A stretch of 64,000 nucleotides of DNA, from NCBI RefSeq assembly GCF_009914755.1, contig NC_060926.1; one strand, written 5' to 3'. This document shows positions 14,046 through 26,399 of the stretch, one piece after another. Within the stretch, counting starts at the first letter, position 1, and each line of letters starts with the position of its first letter. A model generated the notes under the pieces. The model made no database searches, was not told where the DNA came from, and saw nothing but the letters and a program-made list of their open reading frames with translations. The DNA is from the human T2T-CHM13v2.0 reference genome, Homo sapiens. Made by a program: the position numbers and the translations under genes.

Positions 14046-15260
14046 CTAAATGAAAACATCTTAATGAGAAACTGGTCTCCAGTACACTATCCCACAAAAG
14101 GACAATGTGGGAAGACAAGCCGGGATTGAGAGACTTGTTTTCAAGGAGGGAAAGAGACGCTGTCAGTGGTTGGGTTCCACATAAGTACATCCACAGGGCT
14201 GAGAAAACAGAAATGTGGAAGAGTTGTTGGATCAATTTGGGGAGCATAAAGTAAGTGATTAAAAGCAGTTCCTTAAGACCAAAGGACAGGGTCCAACCAC
14301 TTGGAATGAGGAAAAGGTGAGGGTCAAAGAGGTGAAGAAAATGAACTTCAGAATGATTTCAAGAGTGGCTATTGCATGCTAGTGGGCATCTGTTCTTCCC
14401 GTAGTTTCTGATTACGGTTAATAGCAAGTTCTTTTTCTCTCCTGTACCTTAAACAGGTTTTGCCAGCTCCAAAAGGCATCTCATCCAGCTGTTGGAAGGT
14501 GGGAGAGCTGTACACTAGGAGCTGAGACCAGGTCTGTGGAGGTGCTACCAATAGACCTCATCTAGGAGGAAAATCATGAGGGGATTCATAGCCAAATCCT
14601 CTTGACTCAGGGTAAATGAACTGTAAAACACAAACCAGAGGAAGGAAACTGGTGTGGCCCAGTGCAAGGGTGGACCAGGCACCACAAAGGGCAAAACTAA
14701 CCAGGTAATAGTTGATGATTACACCAGAGTTGAGGGAGTCAAGTGGTCAAGTGCAATTTTTGTAGCAGTCAGCAAAGCATAAGTGCCTCAATCTTCTCTT
14801 GCCCTGGAGGCATCTCTCAGTTATGCTGCCTGTGCTGGGGTCATGGAAACAGTTCCCTGCTAGGAGAGGTCAGATAAATTTCTTACTCTTCAGCCTTCTA
14901 AAACGTGCCAAAAATCTCAAGAAATTACAGTGTCAGAATGTGCTACCGTTGTTATCTCAAAGCCTAGCAATTTAAGTTTTCAGTTCACCAACAATCAGTA
15001 AGTGGATTTAAGTGAGTGTTCTGTTAAGATCCTGTCATTGTGAGAGGGATGTGATTTAATAATTATTTTCCAGTTGGAAGTAAACAGATGTTTAGGGATG
15101 TTAGGCTCTGGGGATATACGTAAGACACTGGCTCTGACCTTTTATAGGAAGCTTATCTGAAACTACAGATGGTATTGACAAGCATAAGTGAATTCACTTT
15201 TTATAGGTAGCAGAATTTAAAACCCTAAGATATCAATGATTGACACATAAATTCAATACC

Positions 15261-15558
15261 TGGCCAGGCGTGGAGGTTCACGCCTGTAATCCCAGGACTT
15301 TGGGAGGCCGAGGCAGGCAGATCACATAAGGTCAGGAGTTCGAGACTAGCCTGACTGACATGGTGAAACCCCGTTTCTACTAAATACAAAAAATGAGCCG
15401 GGTGTGGTGGTGGCACATGGCTATAATCCCAGCTACTTGGGACGCTGAGGCAGGAGAATCGCTTGAACTGGGAGGCAGAGGTTGCAGTGAGCCAAGACTG
15501 CGCCACTGCAGTCCAGCCTGGGCAACAAAAGCAAAACTCTGTCTCAAAAAAAAAAATA
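15261..15558 (+). mobile_element. AluS-like
   Basis: Alu sequence; TSD tcaatacct. Confidence 0.92.
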
Positions 15559-16067
15559 AAGTCAATACCTGAACCTTTGTGGGCAGAACTTGCCCCCAGA
15601 ACAACCCCATTCCCAGAAAATTTAGAGTCATTCTTAAGCAGGTCTACACATTTAAATCACCAAAGAAATACATTTATTAAAATCCCGATGGCTGGACAAT
15701 CTGCCACACTGACTACATGAGAATCTGAGTGAGACCCAGAAATTAGCGCTGCTTAAAGCTCCCCAGCTGACTCGTAAAGTGCAGCCAGGATTGAGAACTA
15801 CTTTAGAGATTATTGGATGTTGTGAATATTTATCAAAATAATATGCTCACTGTGTGGAATGCCTCGTTCCTGTTTGTGGTACTTCCACTGCACCAGTAAC
15901 AGGAGCTGAGAAGCTAGAGGTGCATTTGCTATAGGCAGGGAGGCAGCTGAGCGGTGCATAAGGGCATGTCTCTGGAGCCACGCTGCAGGTGTGAATTAGC
16001 TTCTCCTCTTAGAACATAACCTTGGGTGAGTTACGGATATCTCTGTGCCCAGTTTCTTGGCCTGTAA

Positions 16068-16425
<358 letters not shown>

Positions 16426-17325
16426 AGAGGTTCTTGTAAAGAGAAAATTGGACCATCTGGAAGTGCTTACTAGTTACTTTTATACTTACCCTTGTTTATT
16501 ATATAGAACCATAAATCTTAAAAAGGGAAGGAAGCATGGAAATCTAGTTCTACTTCCTCGTTTCACAGATGGGGAGACACGGTTTATTTTTATTGTCACG
16601 GGAACCTTTTGTCTCCTCATTCTTCAGTGTCTACCAACTTAAGTCTTACTAGTGGGTGTTATAACTACAAAAAAAAAATACGATGAACCTCTTAAAGTCC
16701 TTATCAACATAGATCATTCTGAACAACGACAAGAGTGACCTTATTTCTATGTTAAATTCTGTCTCAACCCTTAATACAGTGACCATAATGCAGTCTTCGG
16801 TTGGGGTCAGAAAGATGACATGTTAAGATAATCAACAAAGCATCTTGAAATCGCTAGGTATTGAATCTTTGTGTTTTTCTCCCCGCTGACATGGAAGAGT
16901 GTGAAAAGAGCAGATTCTCTTTTTGAACCTTTTCTCAGAGTTCTTTACACACCATCGATTTCTTTGGTTTCCTTTAGTGGGAAGGCAAGCCACAGTTTTA
17001 CTGCTTATTACCTTTACTGCTGTGCAGAAGAGGAAATGCTCACAGAGCTCATCTTGCACCTGAGTTACACCATGTGTGTTAGAACGGAGTTTGTCACTGG
17101 AAGAACAAATTTGAAAACTCCTGCCTCCCACATGTCACAATAATGCATGGACTGAAAGACTATGTAAAGGCAAAAAACATACATATACATGCATTCTTCC
17201 ATAGGAAGATTGGGGGACTGCCTGATGCCAAGGTGTCCTCAAATTGCTGATGGAACTGAAGTTCTGGGGTTCTTACCTGAGGAAGCCACTGGTGGTCAGG
17301 AAGTCTCAATTAGAGAAGTTAAGAG

Positions 17326-17490
17326 CAGTCTTTCTCAAAATTTAACATGCCTAAGACTCACCTGAGGATCTTGTTGATTCAGGTTCTGATTTAAACAGTC
17401 TAGGAAACAGCCTGAGAGTCTACATTTCTAACAACCTCCAGGTGTTGCAATACTACTGATCTATGGATTACTCTTTGGGTGTCAAGGGTC
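17326..17490. mobile_element. MER5-like DNA transposon remnant
   Basis: cagtctttctcaaaattt...gtctacatttctaacaacctccaggtg. Confidence 0.55.
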
Positions 17491-18238
17491 TCTAGAGCCA
17501 GTCTTTATTCAAGTCCCTATTGTGTCACTTTTTACTGTATGACCTGGGCAAGTTTAAATGCCTGATGCCTTAATTCCTTCACCTGTAAAATGGCATAAGG
17601 TATAATGGTATAAGGAATAAGATTATAACCTAGGCTTACACTGTCTTATGTCTTTCTACACAACTTCCAAACCCCTAACATCCTCAAATGTGTGGATAAG
17701 GACTGACTGGGGTGCAGTTAAGTCTGTTTATCTAAATATATAGCTTTCACCGTCTTGACAGGATAGCTGACATTTGTTGTAGGCTACTCTTACAGGCCAT
17801 GCTTTTAAGATTCCTGCCCCGTGAGAAGGAAAATCCCATGACAGTGAATAGCATTACAACGGAATGGGAAACAATGTGCCAGTTCTAGTAGCTGACCCAC
17901 AGAAGCAGTGACATGTTGATCTGGTTATAAAGACTTATCTAAATCAGTAATGAAACAAACACATTGAACAGGTTCAGGATGACTTAAAGAGAAGCTTTTG
18001 CAACTTGACATTTCCTTTCTCAAGCAGCAACTCAGTGTTTCTTTGCCTGTGCCTACCACGAACAACCCAAGTACTCATGCCAGAAAACACACACACATAA
18101 ATTAATAAAACTCCTAAGCCACTGTGATACATATCTGTGGACTGGCTTGCTCTATTCCATACTTTTTCTAGTTGGAAGGGCTGAGGTGCTAAAAATACCT
18201 TCCCAGACTCCCTTGCAGCTAGGGTTGTACATATGAAT

Positions 18239-18550
18239 TTTTTATTTTTATTTATTTATTTAGAGACAGGGTCTCACTCCATAGCCCAGGCTGGAGTGTA
18301 GTGGTGCAATCTTGGCTCACTGCAACCTCCACCTCCTGAGTTCAAGTGATTCTCTCACCTCAGCCTCCCAAGTAGCAAGTAGCTGCAATTACAGGCACCC
18401 ACCACCATGCACAGCTACCTTTATATTTTTAGTAGAGATGGGGGTTTCAGCATGTTGGCCAAACTGGTCTGAAACTCCTGACCTCAAGTGATCTGCCTGC
18501 TTCAGCCTCCCAAAGTGCTGGGATTACAAGAGTGAGCCACCGCACACGGC
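18239..18550 (-). mobile_element. AluS-like
   Basis: Reverse-complement Alu. Confidence 0.9.
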
Positions 18551-19791
18551 TGAAATAAATTTAATTCTATGACTTGCATACCTGTTCACTTGAGATCTGA
18601 AAGATGGACTCATGGTGGCTGTTTCTCCTAGCAAGCATGGCACAGAGCCCCAGGATTCAATGTTGAGTGTCTTCCAGCTTTCTAAGCCATCATCAGAGAA
18701 GGATTGTGACCTCTTGATTCCATTTTCTTGACCTTCGATTGCAACTTCAAGTATTTGCCTTCAACCCTATTTTGAAAAATAAAAATGAAATCCTAAGCCC
18801 CCCAACCAAATAAATGGACCCCCTCTTTGCCACAGGGACCCCAGAGTAATTTTGAAAACCTGAATTTAAGGGATGCTGCATCTCCCTTTTGGGGTTTTGA
18901 CACAACAATTGACCAGCATTTCTTCCTAATAAGAGACCACTGACCACAGAGTGGCTCTGGCTAGTGTACATGTGACTCATGAAGGGGCATGAAGCCCCAT
19001 TGCATATATGCACATTTCTCCTTTTGTAAATATTCATGATTCCTATTGCTGGCCACTCTGTTCAGCATAGACTCCTGTTCCCTTTGCCCCTCCCTCAAAG
19101 TATCTGTTTCTAGCTCCTGGCCAGAGGCTATCCTTCCCAGTGTCAGAATGGTCACCCTGCCAGCTGCAAACTTTTATGAAAAATAAAGCTCTCCTTTCCA
19201 AATTTATAAACTTTGTAACCAACCAATAGGTTCTCCTTGCCTACTGCCCAGATAGAGCCAATTTATCAAGACAGGGGATTGCAATAGAGAAAGAGTTTAA
19301 TGCATGCCTCTGGGGATTCAGTCAGGATGGTGGGGAAAATTATAAGACGCAAACCTTCTTGGAAGGCCTGGGGGAGATGCATAAGCTCCAGTAATAAACT
19401 TGGCTGAAGGCAGCCTTGTCCCCTTAGTTAAGTAAATTAAAGTAGAAACAAAGGAATGTGCGGAGTTTATCTAACTAGCTTGTTTACTCATGTGGTCCTA
19501 AGACTAACCTTTGATTTACTGTGGGTGCTTAACTGATTTCTACTCAGGAGGTCCACAATGTCAACTACCCTCTAGTGGTGTTTACTCACGACCTTTGTCA
19601 ATTAACCTTTACTGAATAAATGCAAGTCTCACTGACTGATCAAGGCCGCAGTCACAACTGTTTACAGCACTCTGCTTGTAGTCTGTAAGCAGCCTGGACA
19701 CTCAGCTGGACTGGCAAAGCAGCATATCTGTGTGTCAGTGTACTTTATTCATCCGTTGTTGGGTCAGGGTCTGTGGGACAGACTCCGCAGC

Positions 19792-19809
19792 TGGTGCCCT
19801 GTGTGGGGA
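19792..19809 (+). promoter_or_regulatory. Primer-binding site, tRNA-Met type
   Basis: TGGTGCCCTGTGTGGGGA vs elongator tRNA-Met complement TGGTGCCCCGTGTGAGGA (16/18). Confidence 0.85.
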
Positions 19810-19953
19810 TCGCTGTGAAGGGAGCGCGACAGACCCCCAGAAATGAAGGTGGAGAGGACTGGCGGTCAAGTCAGTAAAACAGTGAGTCATTGGTGCCTGC
19901 TTGGGATTACCAAGTTTGGGGGGGTGGGGGATTGTTCAGGCTGAGATTTCATC

Positions 19954-20480
19954 ATGGGACAATAGTTATCAGTTCAACAAAGACAGTACATAAAAGTGTT
20001 GAAACAGTTACTTAAGGCTAGGGGAGCATCAGTTTTGCAGGCTCAATTAAGAGACCCAATGCAAACTGTTGTCTCACTTAATCCATGGTTCCCAGAAGAA
20101 GGACCGCTAGATGTAGAGGTCTGGGAACAAGTGGGGAGAAATATTAAACAACGTTATGCACAAGGGCAATGTGTCCCAGTAACAGCTTTTAATGCTATGG
20201 GCTTTAATTAGAGCAGCCCTAGTTCCGTTATACACAGAAGAGCCTAAAAAGGGGAAGGAGGAGGAACCGTCACCTATCTTATCGCCTCCTCTTCCCTCAG
20301 CCCTGATATTACTGGGCCAAAATAACAAAGAGGAAACAGAAGTTGTGCCTGAGCCACCTCCTCCAATAGATAAGAAAAAAAAAACAAAACAAGAGATACA
20401 CTACAGCTATGAAACCCTGTCTTAAGCAGGCAGCATTAAAAGGGGAGCTCTTAGCCTGCCCAATAATGCAAAATCAGCAA
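19954..20480 (+). pseudogene. HML-5 gag matrix remnant (CA/NC/pro apparently deleted)
   Basis: ATG GGA CAA TAG..., PWFPEEGPLDVEVWEQVG. Confidence 0.8.
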
Positions 20481-20959
20481 GGCAATCAGGTACCTAAAGA
20501 GTTGTTAAAAAAAAGCATTAGAGGCCAAAGCCAGGCGGCCAAGCGAGCAGTAAGCAGAAGGAGAGACTTGGCAGAGAGGAAGTTCGGGAAACCAAAGCCA
20601 GCAAGTGCTCCCAGGAACTCTGTCCACACGGAGGCAGCGGCAACAAACAGCCAGGCCCAGTGCTTGGAAGTTAGCCTGTTAGAGAGAGGCAGGAGGCGCA
20701 TGTGGGAAAGTCGGCCCAGTGGGCAACAGCCACTGGGCAGCGGGGGTAGGAAGTGGCACAGGCGAAAAGCGGCACAGAAAAAAGCAGCGCTTTTGCAAGC
20801 GCAACACAGCTGCCACCCCAGGACCAGTCTGCTTAGCTCTCCAGCTCTGCAGGTGGCCCACGGCAAAATTTCATGTGCTCCTTGTAGACAAGAGACATCC
20901 CAAATTATAATTCTATGCTAAGATTTAAGTAAAATTTAATAATTTGAAAAACCTCTTTC

Positions 20960-23600
20960 TGATAATGGGCACTGTTATCTCTCTCTTACCCCTAACTCTC
21001 TCCAAATCCAATTTAAGTAAAACTGTAACCTCTAAAGGGAGAGAAATTACAAACGGCCCATGAGTTAGTTAAGGAGCAGTTAAAGCAAACTTTACTCCCC
21101 AGTAGAAAACAAAAACAAAAACAAAACAAAAACAAAAAAACTTCCTGATTACAAGGTTATTCATTTTATGGATAATATTCTCCTAACAGCCCTTGGAGTT
21201 CGCCCATTTTCGTCATTCCCAAAAAGCCTGGGAAATGAAGACTTTTGCATGACTTAACATGCTATTAATGCTACTTTACAGCCTATGGGACCCCTTCAAC
21301 AGGGCCACTCCTCCCCCGTGGTGATTCCTCAAGATTGGCCTATAATCATTATTGACTTAAAAGTTTTTTATACAATTCCTCTAGCAGAACAGGACAGAGA
21401 AAAATTTGCGCTTACAATACCAGCTATCAATAATGAAAAGCCAGCTTGTTGATTCCATTGGAAAGTGCTTCCTCAAGGAATGCTAAACAGTCCTACCATG
21501 TGTCAATATCATGGAAATCAAGCTTTGGTCCCTAGTACAAAAGAATTTCCTGATTGCAAGATTATTCATTTTATGGATGATATTCTACTAGCAGCCCCAA
21601 CGGAGCCAATACTTTTAAATTTATATTCTTCTGTCGTAAAGAATACAGAGCTAAGAGGTCTAATGATTGCACGTAAGAAAGTACAAATGTCCTCTCCTTG
21701 GAAATATCTTGGGTACATACTAACTTCCTGGTCAGCAAGATCTCAAAAGGTTAAATTAAATACTAGCAATGTATACACCTTAAATGATTATCAGAAATTG
21801 GGCGATATTACCTAGCTCCACCCCACTTTGAGGATTCCTACTGATAAACTACAAAATCTGTTTTCTATCTTAAAGGGTAATCCAGCCCTGGATTCTCCCA
21901 GATATTTAACCCCTGAAGGAAAAAAGGAAACTGAGGAAATAGAGCATGCCATCTCTCAGAGGCAGCTAGATCGCATTGATCCATGGTATTCAATTCAGTT
22001 GTTTATTTTTCCCACCAAACACCCCCCTACAGGGTTAATAGGACAGATGACCCCAGGGCTACGCTTCCTAGAATGGGTTTTTTGCTCACATACTAGGACT
22101 AAAACACTATCTCCGTATATTTAGTTAATTACTAAAGTCATCTATTCAGGCCACAAAAGATGCAATCAGTTGCTAGGTTATGACCCTGATGTCATCAGGA
22201 TTCCTTTAAGCAAAAAGCAATGCGAATCAGTATTGCTCTTATCGATATATCTGCAAATAGTTTTCTCTGATTATACAGGACAAATAGAGCACATGCTTCC
22301 TGCTGATAAACTCCTTCATTTCTTACCTCATACGCAGGTAATCTTACCTACAAAAATAGTTCACTCCCCCATACCTAATGCTTTAACACTGTTTACTGAT
22401 AGGTCTGGTAAACATGGAAAAGCGGCAGTCTGGTGGAGACTACACAATTCAATCACTTGATCTGGGTTTACTAGCAATCAGAGAGCTGCAATTGGGGCTC
22501 TGATACTGGCCTTGGAAACTTTTTCCACTCAGCCCACAAGTATTGTAAGTGACTTGGCTTACTCAGTATATTTGCTACAAAATCTTGAAACAGCTTTAAT
22601 TAACTCCACTCTGGAGCCAGCCTTGTGTGCTTTTTTTTCTCCAACTTCAGCAATTGCTAGATCAACATACACAACCTATTTTTATTACACACATTCGAGC
22701 CCACAGCTCTCTGCCTGACTCATTGGCTTATGGCAATGAACAAGCAGATCTTCAGGTTATGACATCACTGCTTGACCAAGCCACCCAATTGCATCAATTT
22801 TTCCACCAAAATTAGGGAAACTTATCTAAACAATTTCAACATATACAAAGGCTGGCTAAACAAATTATCCTACAATGCCCAGACTGCCAGCTCACAGGCA
22901 CATCCCCTCCTTCCACAGGTATTAACCCTAGAGGACTAGAACCTAATCAGTTATGGCAAACAGATGTTACACACATCCCTGAATTTGGAAAACTGAGATA
23001 TGTACGTGTATCCATTGATACCAACACCCATTTAATTAGTGCACATGCCCTTCTGGGAGAGTCTACTCGATATGTCATTAAACATCGTCTTTTAACTTTT
23101 GCATTTATGGGATGGCCCACAAAAATTAAAATGGATAATGGTCCCGCTTATACCAGCTCACAATTTCAACAATTTTGTCACAATGTGGAATATCCAACAT
23201 TCCACAGGGATCCCATATGACCCCCAAGGACAAGCAATAGAACGTGCCCACTCTTAAAAAATACGCTCAAAAAAAACAGGAAAGAAGGAGTATGGGTAAA
23301 AGACCCTGCAACACTATAGGCACAAGCCTTATTTACCCTTAATTTTTTAAATTTAGATGACAAATTTCAATCAGCTGTAGAAAAGCACTTTGCTAAAACC
23401 TCTCAAGGCATAAAACCTGCAGTTTGATGGAAAGATGTAAACAGTAATGTATGGTGTGGTCCAAATAAATTATTAACATGGGGAAGAGGGTATGCTTGTG
23501 TTCACACCCCCTCAGGTCCTCTTTGGATTCCAGCGTGACGCATCAAACCATACCATGGCATGGCTAGGACCCAACCCAGTACCAGAAATGAAGGAGTTAA
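20960..23600 (+). pseudogene. HML-5 pol remnant (RT, RNase H, IN)
   Basis: LPQGMLNSPT, IHFMDDILL, FTDRSG, HIRAHS, HQFFH..CPDC, WQTDVTH, DNGPAY; many stops and frameshifts. Confidence 0.9.
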
Positions 23601-25516
23601 CCCTACAAGATCCACAGACCCAGAAGATGCGGCTTCCGTGGATGACACAAGCCCCAGATGTTACCTGGGGGATGCTGAAGAAGACAACTCAGGAGGCTGA
23701 ACAAATCCTGCTCCAGACACAGACAGCATTTACTCCAGATAATTTGTTTCTTGCTATGTTTTCTGTTGTACATTGCAACTCACGTAGGGTATTAATCCCT
23801 TTTATGCTCTCACTTTGTTTGCAGCTGGTACCTGCTACACTCTTTTGGGCTCATTATCTTAGACCCACCTTTCTTTTGCCCAGTTACCTTGGCAGACACT
23901 CCCTTCCCAGCCTTTAATAACGTGACTGCTTGGCTAGGAGGGATAGATTTACCCCCAGTGGAGTCCCTCAATAATCACACACATTGGACTAAAGTGCCAA
24001 ATAACACTACATAACACTCCACTATCCTCCCACTGTGTATAAGTTATAAAGGTTCTAACCCTTAATGTGTACCTGCCCAAAAACAAGTATGGCTACATCA
24101 TGGCAAAGGAAATGCCTTAACATTCTTAGCTGCAGGTAGCCTCAAACCAGGCATTGCAATCAATGCTGCTTTCCCAAACATTCCTTCCTGTGCTAAAGAA
24201 CAAAGCCAGAAAAGTAATGGATTCCACTTTAGCTGGGATGTCTGTCATGGGAAACAAGCCCATAGACTCCAGTTAGGCAACTATAACATCTTAGACTGAA
24301 GTCCCCATGGCCGATTGCAGGGCAGCCTTACTAATGTCTTCGTCCATCACAGCATCAATCACAGTTTCATAGCCATGTTTTGTTTCCCTATATTTTGGGC
24401 CAATGTGGGGATAGGATATCCCAGACCCCAAGTAAAGTCCATGCCAACCCAAGGCACCTTATGGTGCCTGGGACATCTCAGCACCTCCCTTAACACCTAA
24501 CATGGGACATATCATAATTCCCATTGCAACTATACTATAACCTTTATTCATAATCACACGAATCAGTGCCTGATTTGCACTACCCATCCATATATTTTCC
24601 TTATGGGAACTAACATTTCCATTATACCCCAAAACTCCACGTTTGTGACCCAGGTGCAGGGATAGGCTTGGTTTGCCTCATATATCACTCACCACAATAT
24701 ATCTAATTTAAAAATCACTAGTGTCATGGTATTAAGGAGACAATCTGAGACATTTCTACCAGTCAATTTGACAGGATTGGCAAGGTTCCTCTGCCCTTGC
24801 CACCTTAGAATGTGCTCTGTCCCAGGTCAGACACAAAAGATTCACAGTTACACTTATGGCCTTTATAATCTCAGCCTAGTCATCCTGGCAACTGCTAGCA
24901 TTGCTGTTGCATCTATTACTGAGTCAATATAAACAGCTAGCTTTGTAGATAATCTGGCCAAAATGTGTCTAATGATCTTCTCTTACAGCAACATATGGAT
25001 CAAAAGATTCTTGCATGACTGTGAGCCCTTGAGGCTGCCTTAGAGTATGTGGGGGAGTGACAAGATGCACTGGCATTCCAAAAGCAATTAAACTGTGACT
25101 GGGGCATAAACATATCTGTGTCACTTCTCTACCTTGGAATCAATCAATACATAGTTGGGATGAGGTAAAACAACACCTCTGGGGAACCTTTCATGACAAT
25201 TTAACAGCAGACATAAAGCAACTTAAAACTAAAATTTTAGAATCCCTTCACACCATAGATCTACACACCCAACAAACACCCATATAGAAGGGTGTGCAAG
25301 ATCATCTCTCCTGGTTAGAACCCCACTCCTGGGGGTCACTCTTTGACTGGAAAGAATGTTGCTAATTGTACTCATGATTGTATTATGCTATTTGCTAATT
25401 CTAGGATGCAAAGCCAGAATAAGAGCAATGACCACCACACCTGACAAACCTGTTGCTGCATACATGTACACTCTCCAATCAAAAAGACCTGATGCAGAAA
25501 ACAAAAAAAGAGGAGA
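23600..25516 (+). pseudogene. HML-5 env remnant
   Basis: Signal-peptide-like region, furin-like RHKR at ~24829-24840, TM anchor MLLIVLMIVLCYLL. Confidence 0.8.
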
Positions 25517-26399
25517 TGTGGGGGTTCAGTCAGGATGGTGGGGAAAATTATAAGACACAAACCTTGGAAGGCCTGAGGGGTTTGGGTAAGCTCCAGTAAT
25601 AAACTTGGCTGAAGGCAGCCTTGTCCCCTTAAATTAGAGTAGAAACAAAGCAATATGGAGAGTTATCTAACTAGCTTGTTTACTCATGTGGTCCTAAGAC
25701 TAATCTTTGATTTACCCTGGGTGCTTAATTGCTTTCTACTCAGGAGGTCCACAATGTCAATTACCCTCTAGTGGTGTTTACTCACGACCTTTGTCAATTA
25801 ATCTTTACTGAATAAATGCAAGTCTCTCTGACTGATAGAGGCCGCAGTTGCATCTGTTTACAGCACTCTGCTTGGAGTTTGTAAGTGGCCAGTATGCTCA
25901 GCTGGACTGGCAAAGCAGCATATCTGTGTGTCAGTGTACTTTATTCATCCGTTGGTGGATCAGTGTCTGAAGGACAGACCCCTGCACATGCCCTGTCAAC
26001 TAAAGGGGAGATCAGAGTCATTATTCAGATTAGTCTCTCCAAAAATTTGAAGACTTCTGGAGTTTTTAAAGGATAATTTGGTGGGAAGGGGATTAGAGAG
26101 TGGAGAGTGCTAATTGGTTGGGTCAGAGATGAAATCATAGTCGGTTGAAGCAGGTTCTTCTTGCTGTCTTCTGTTCCTGGATGGGATCACAGAACTGCTT
26201 GAACCAGATTACTGGTCTGCGTGACAACAGCTGGTGCACCAGAATGCGGGGTCTCAAAAATATCTCAAACACCAGTATTAGGTTTTACAACAGTGATGTT
26301 ATCTCTAGGAGCAACTGGGGAAGTCGGGAATCTTATGGACTCTATGGACTGCGACCTCCAGGTTACATGTAGGTTCTAAGTTATACTGAGGGCTTAAGA

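Larger units (their letters stand above)
19309..25986 (+). mobile_element. HERV-K(HML-5)/HERVK22 provirus with LTR22-type LTRs
   Basis: LTRs 19309-19789 and 25517-25986; 6-bp TSD CATGCC; PPT aaaaaaagaggaga; betaretroviral gag/pol/env remnants. Confidence 0.9.

Noticed and set aside
20409-20921. 170-aa ORF in HML-5
   Set aside because: Lies in the deleted/rearranged gag region; no domain evidence
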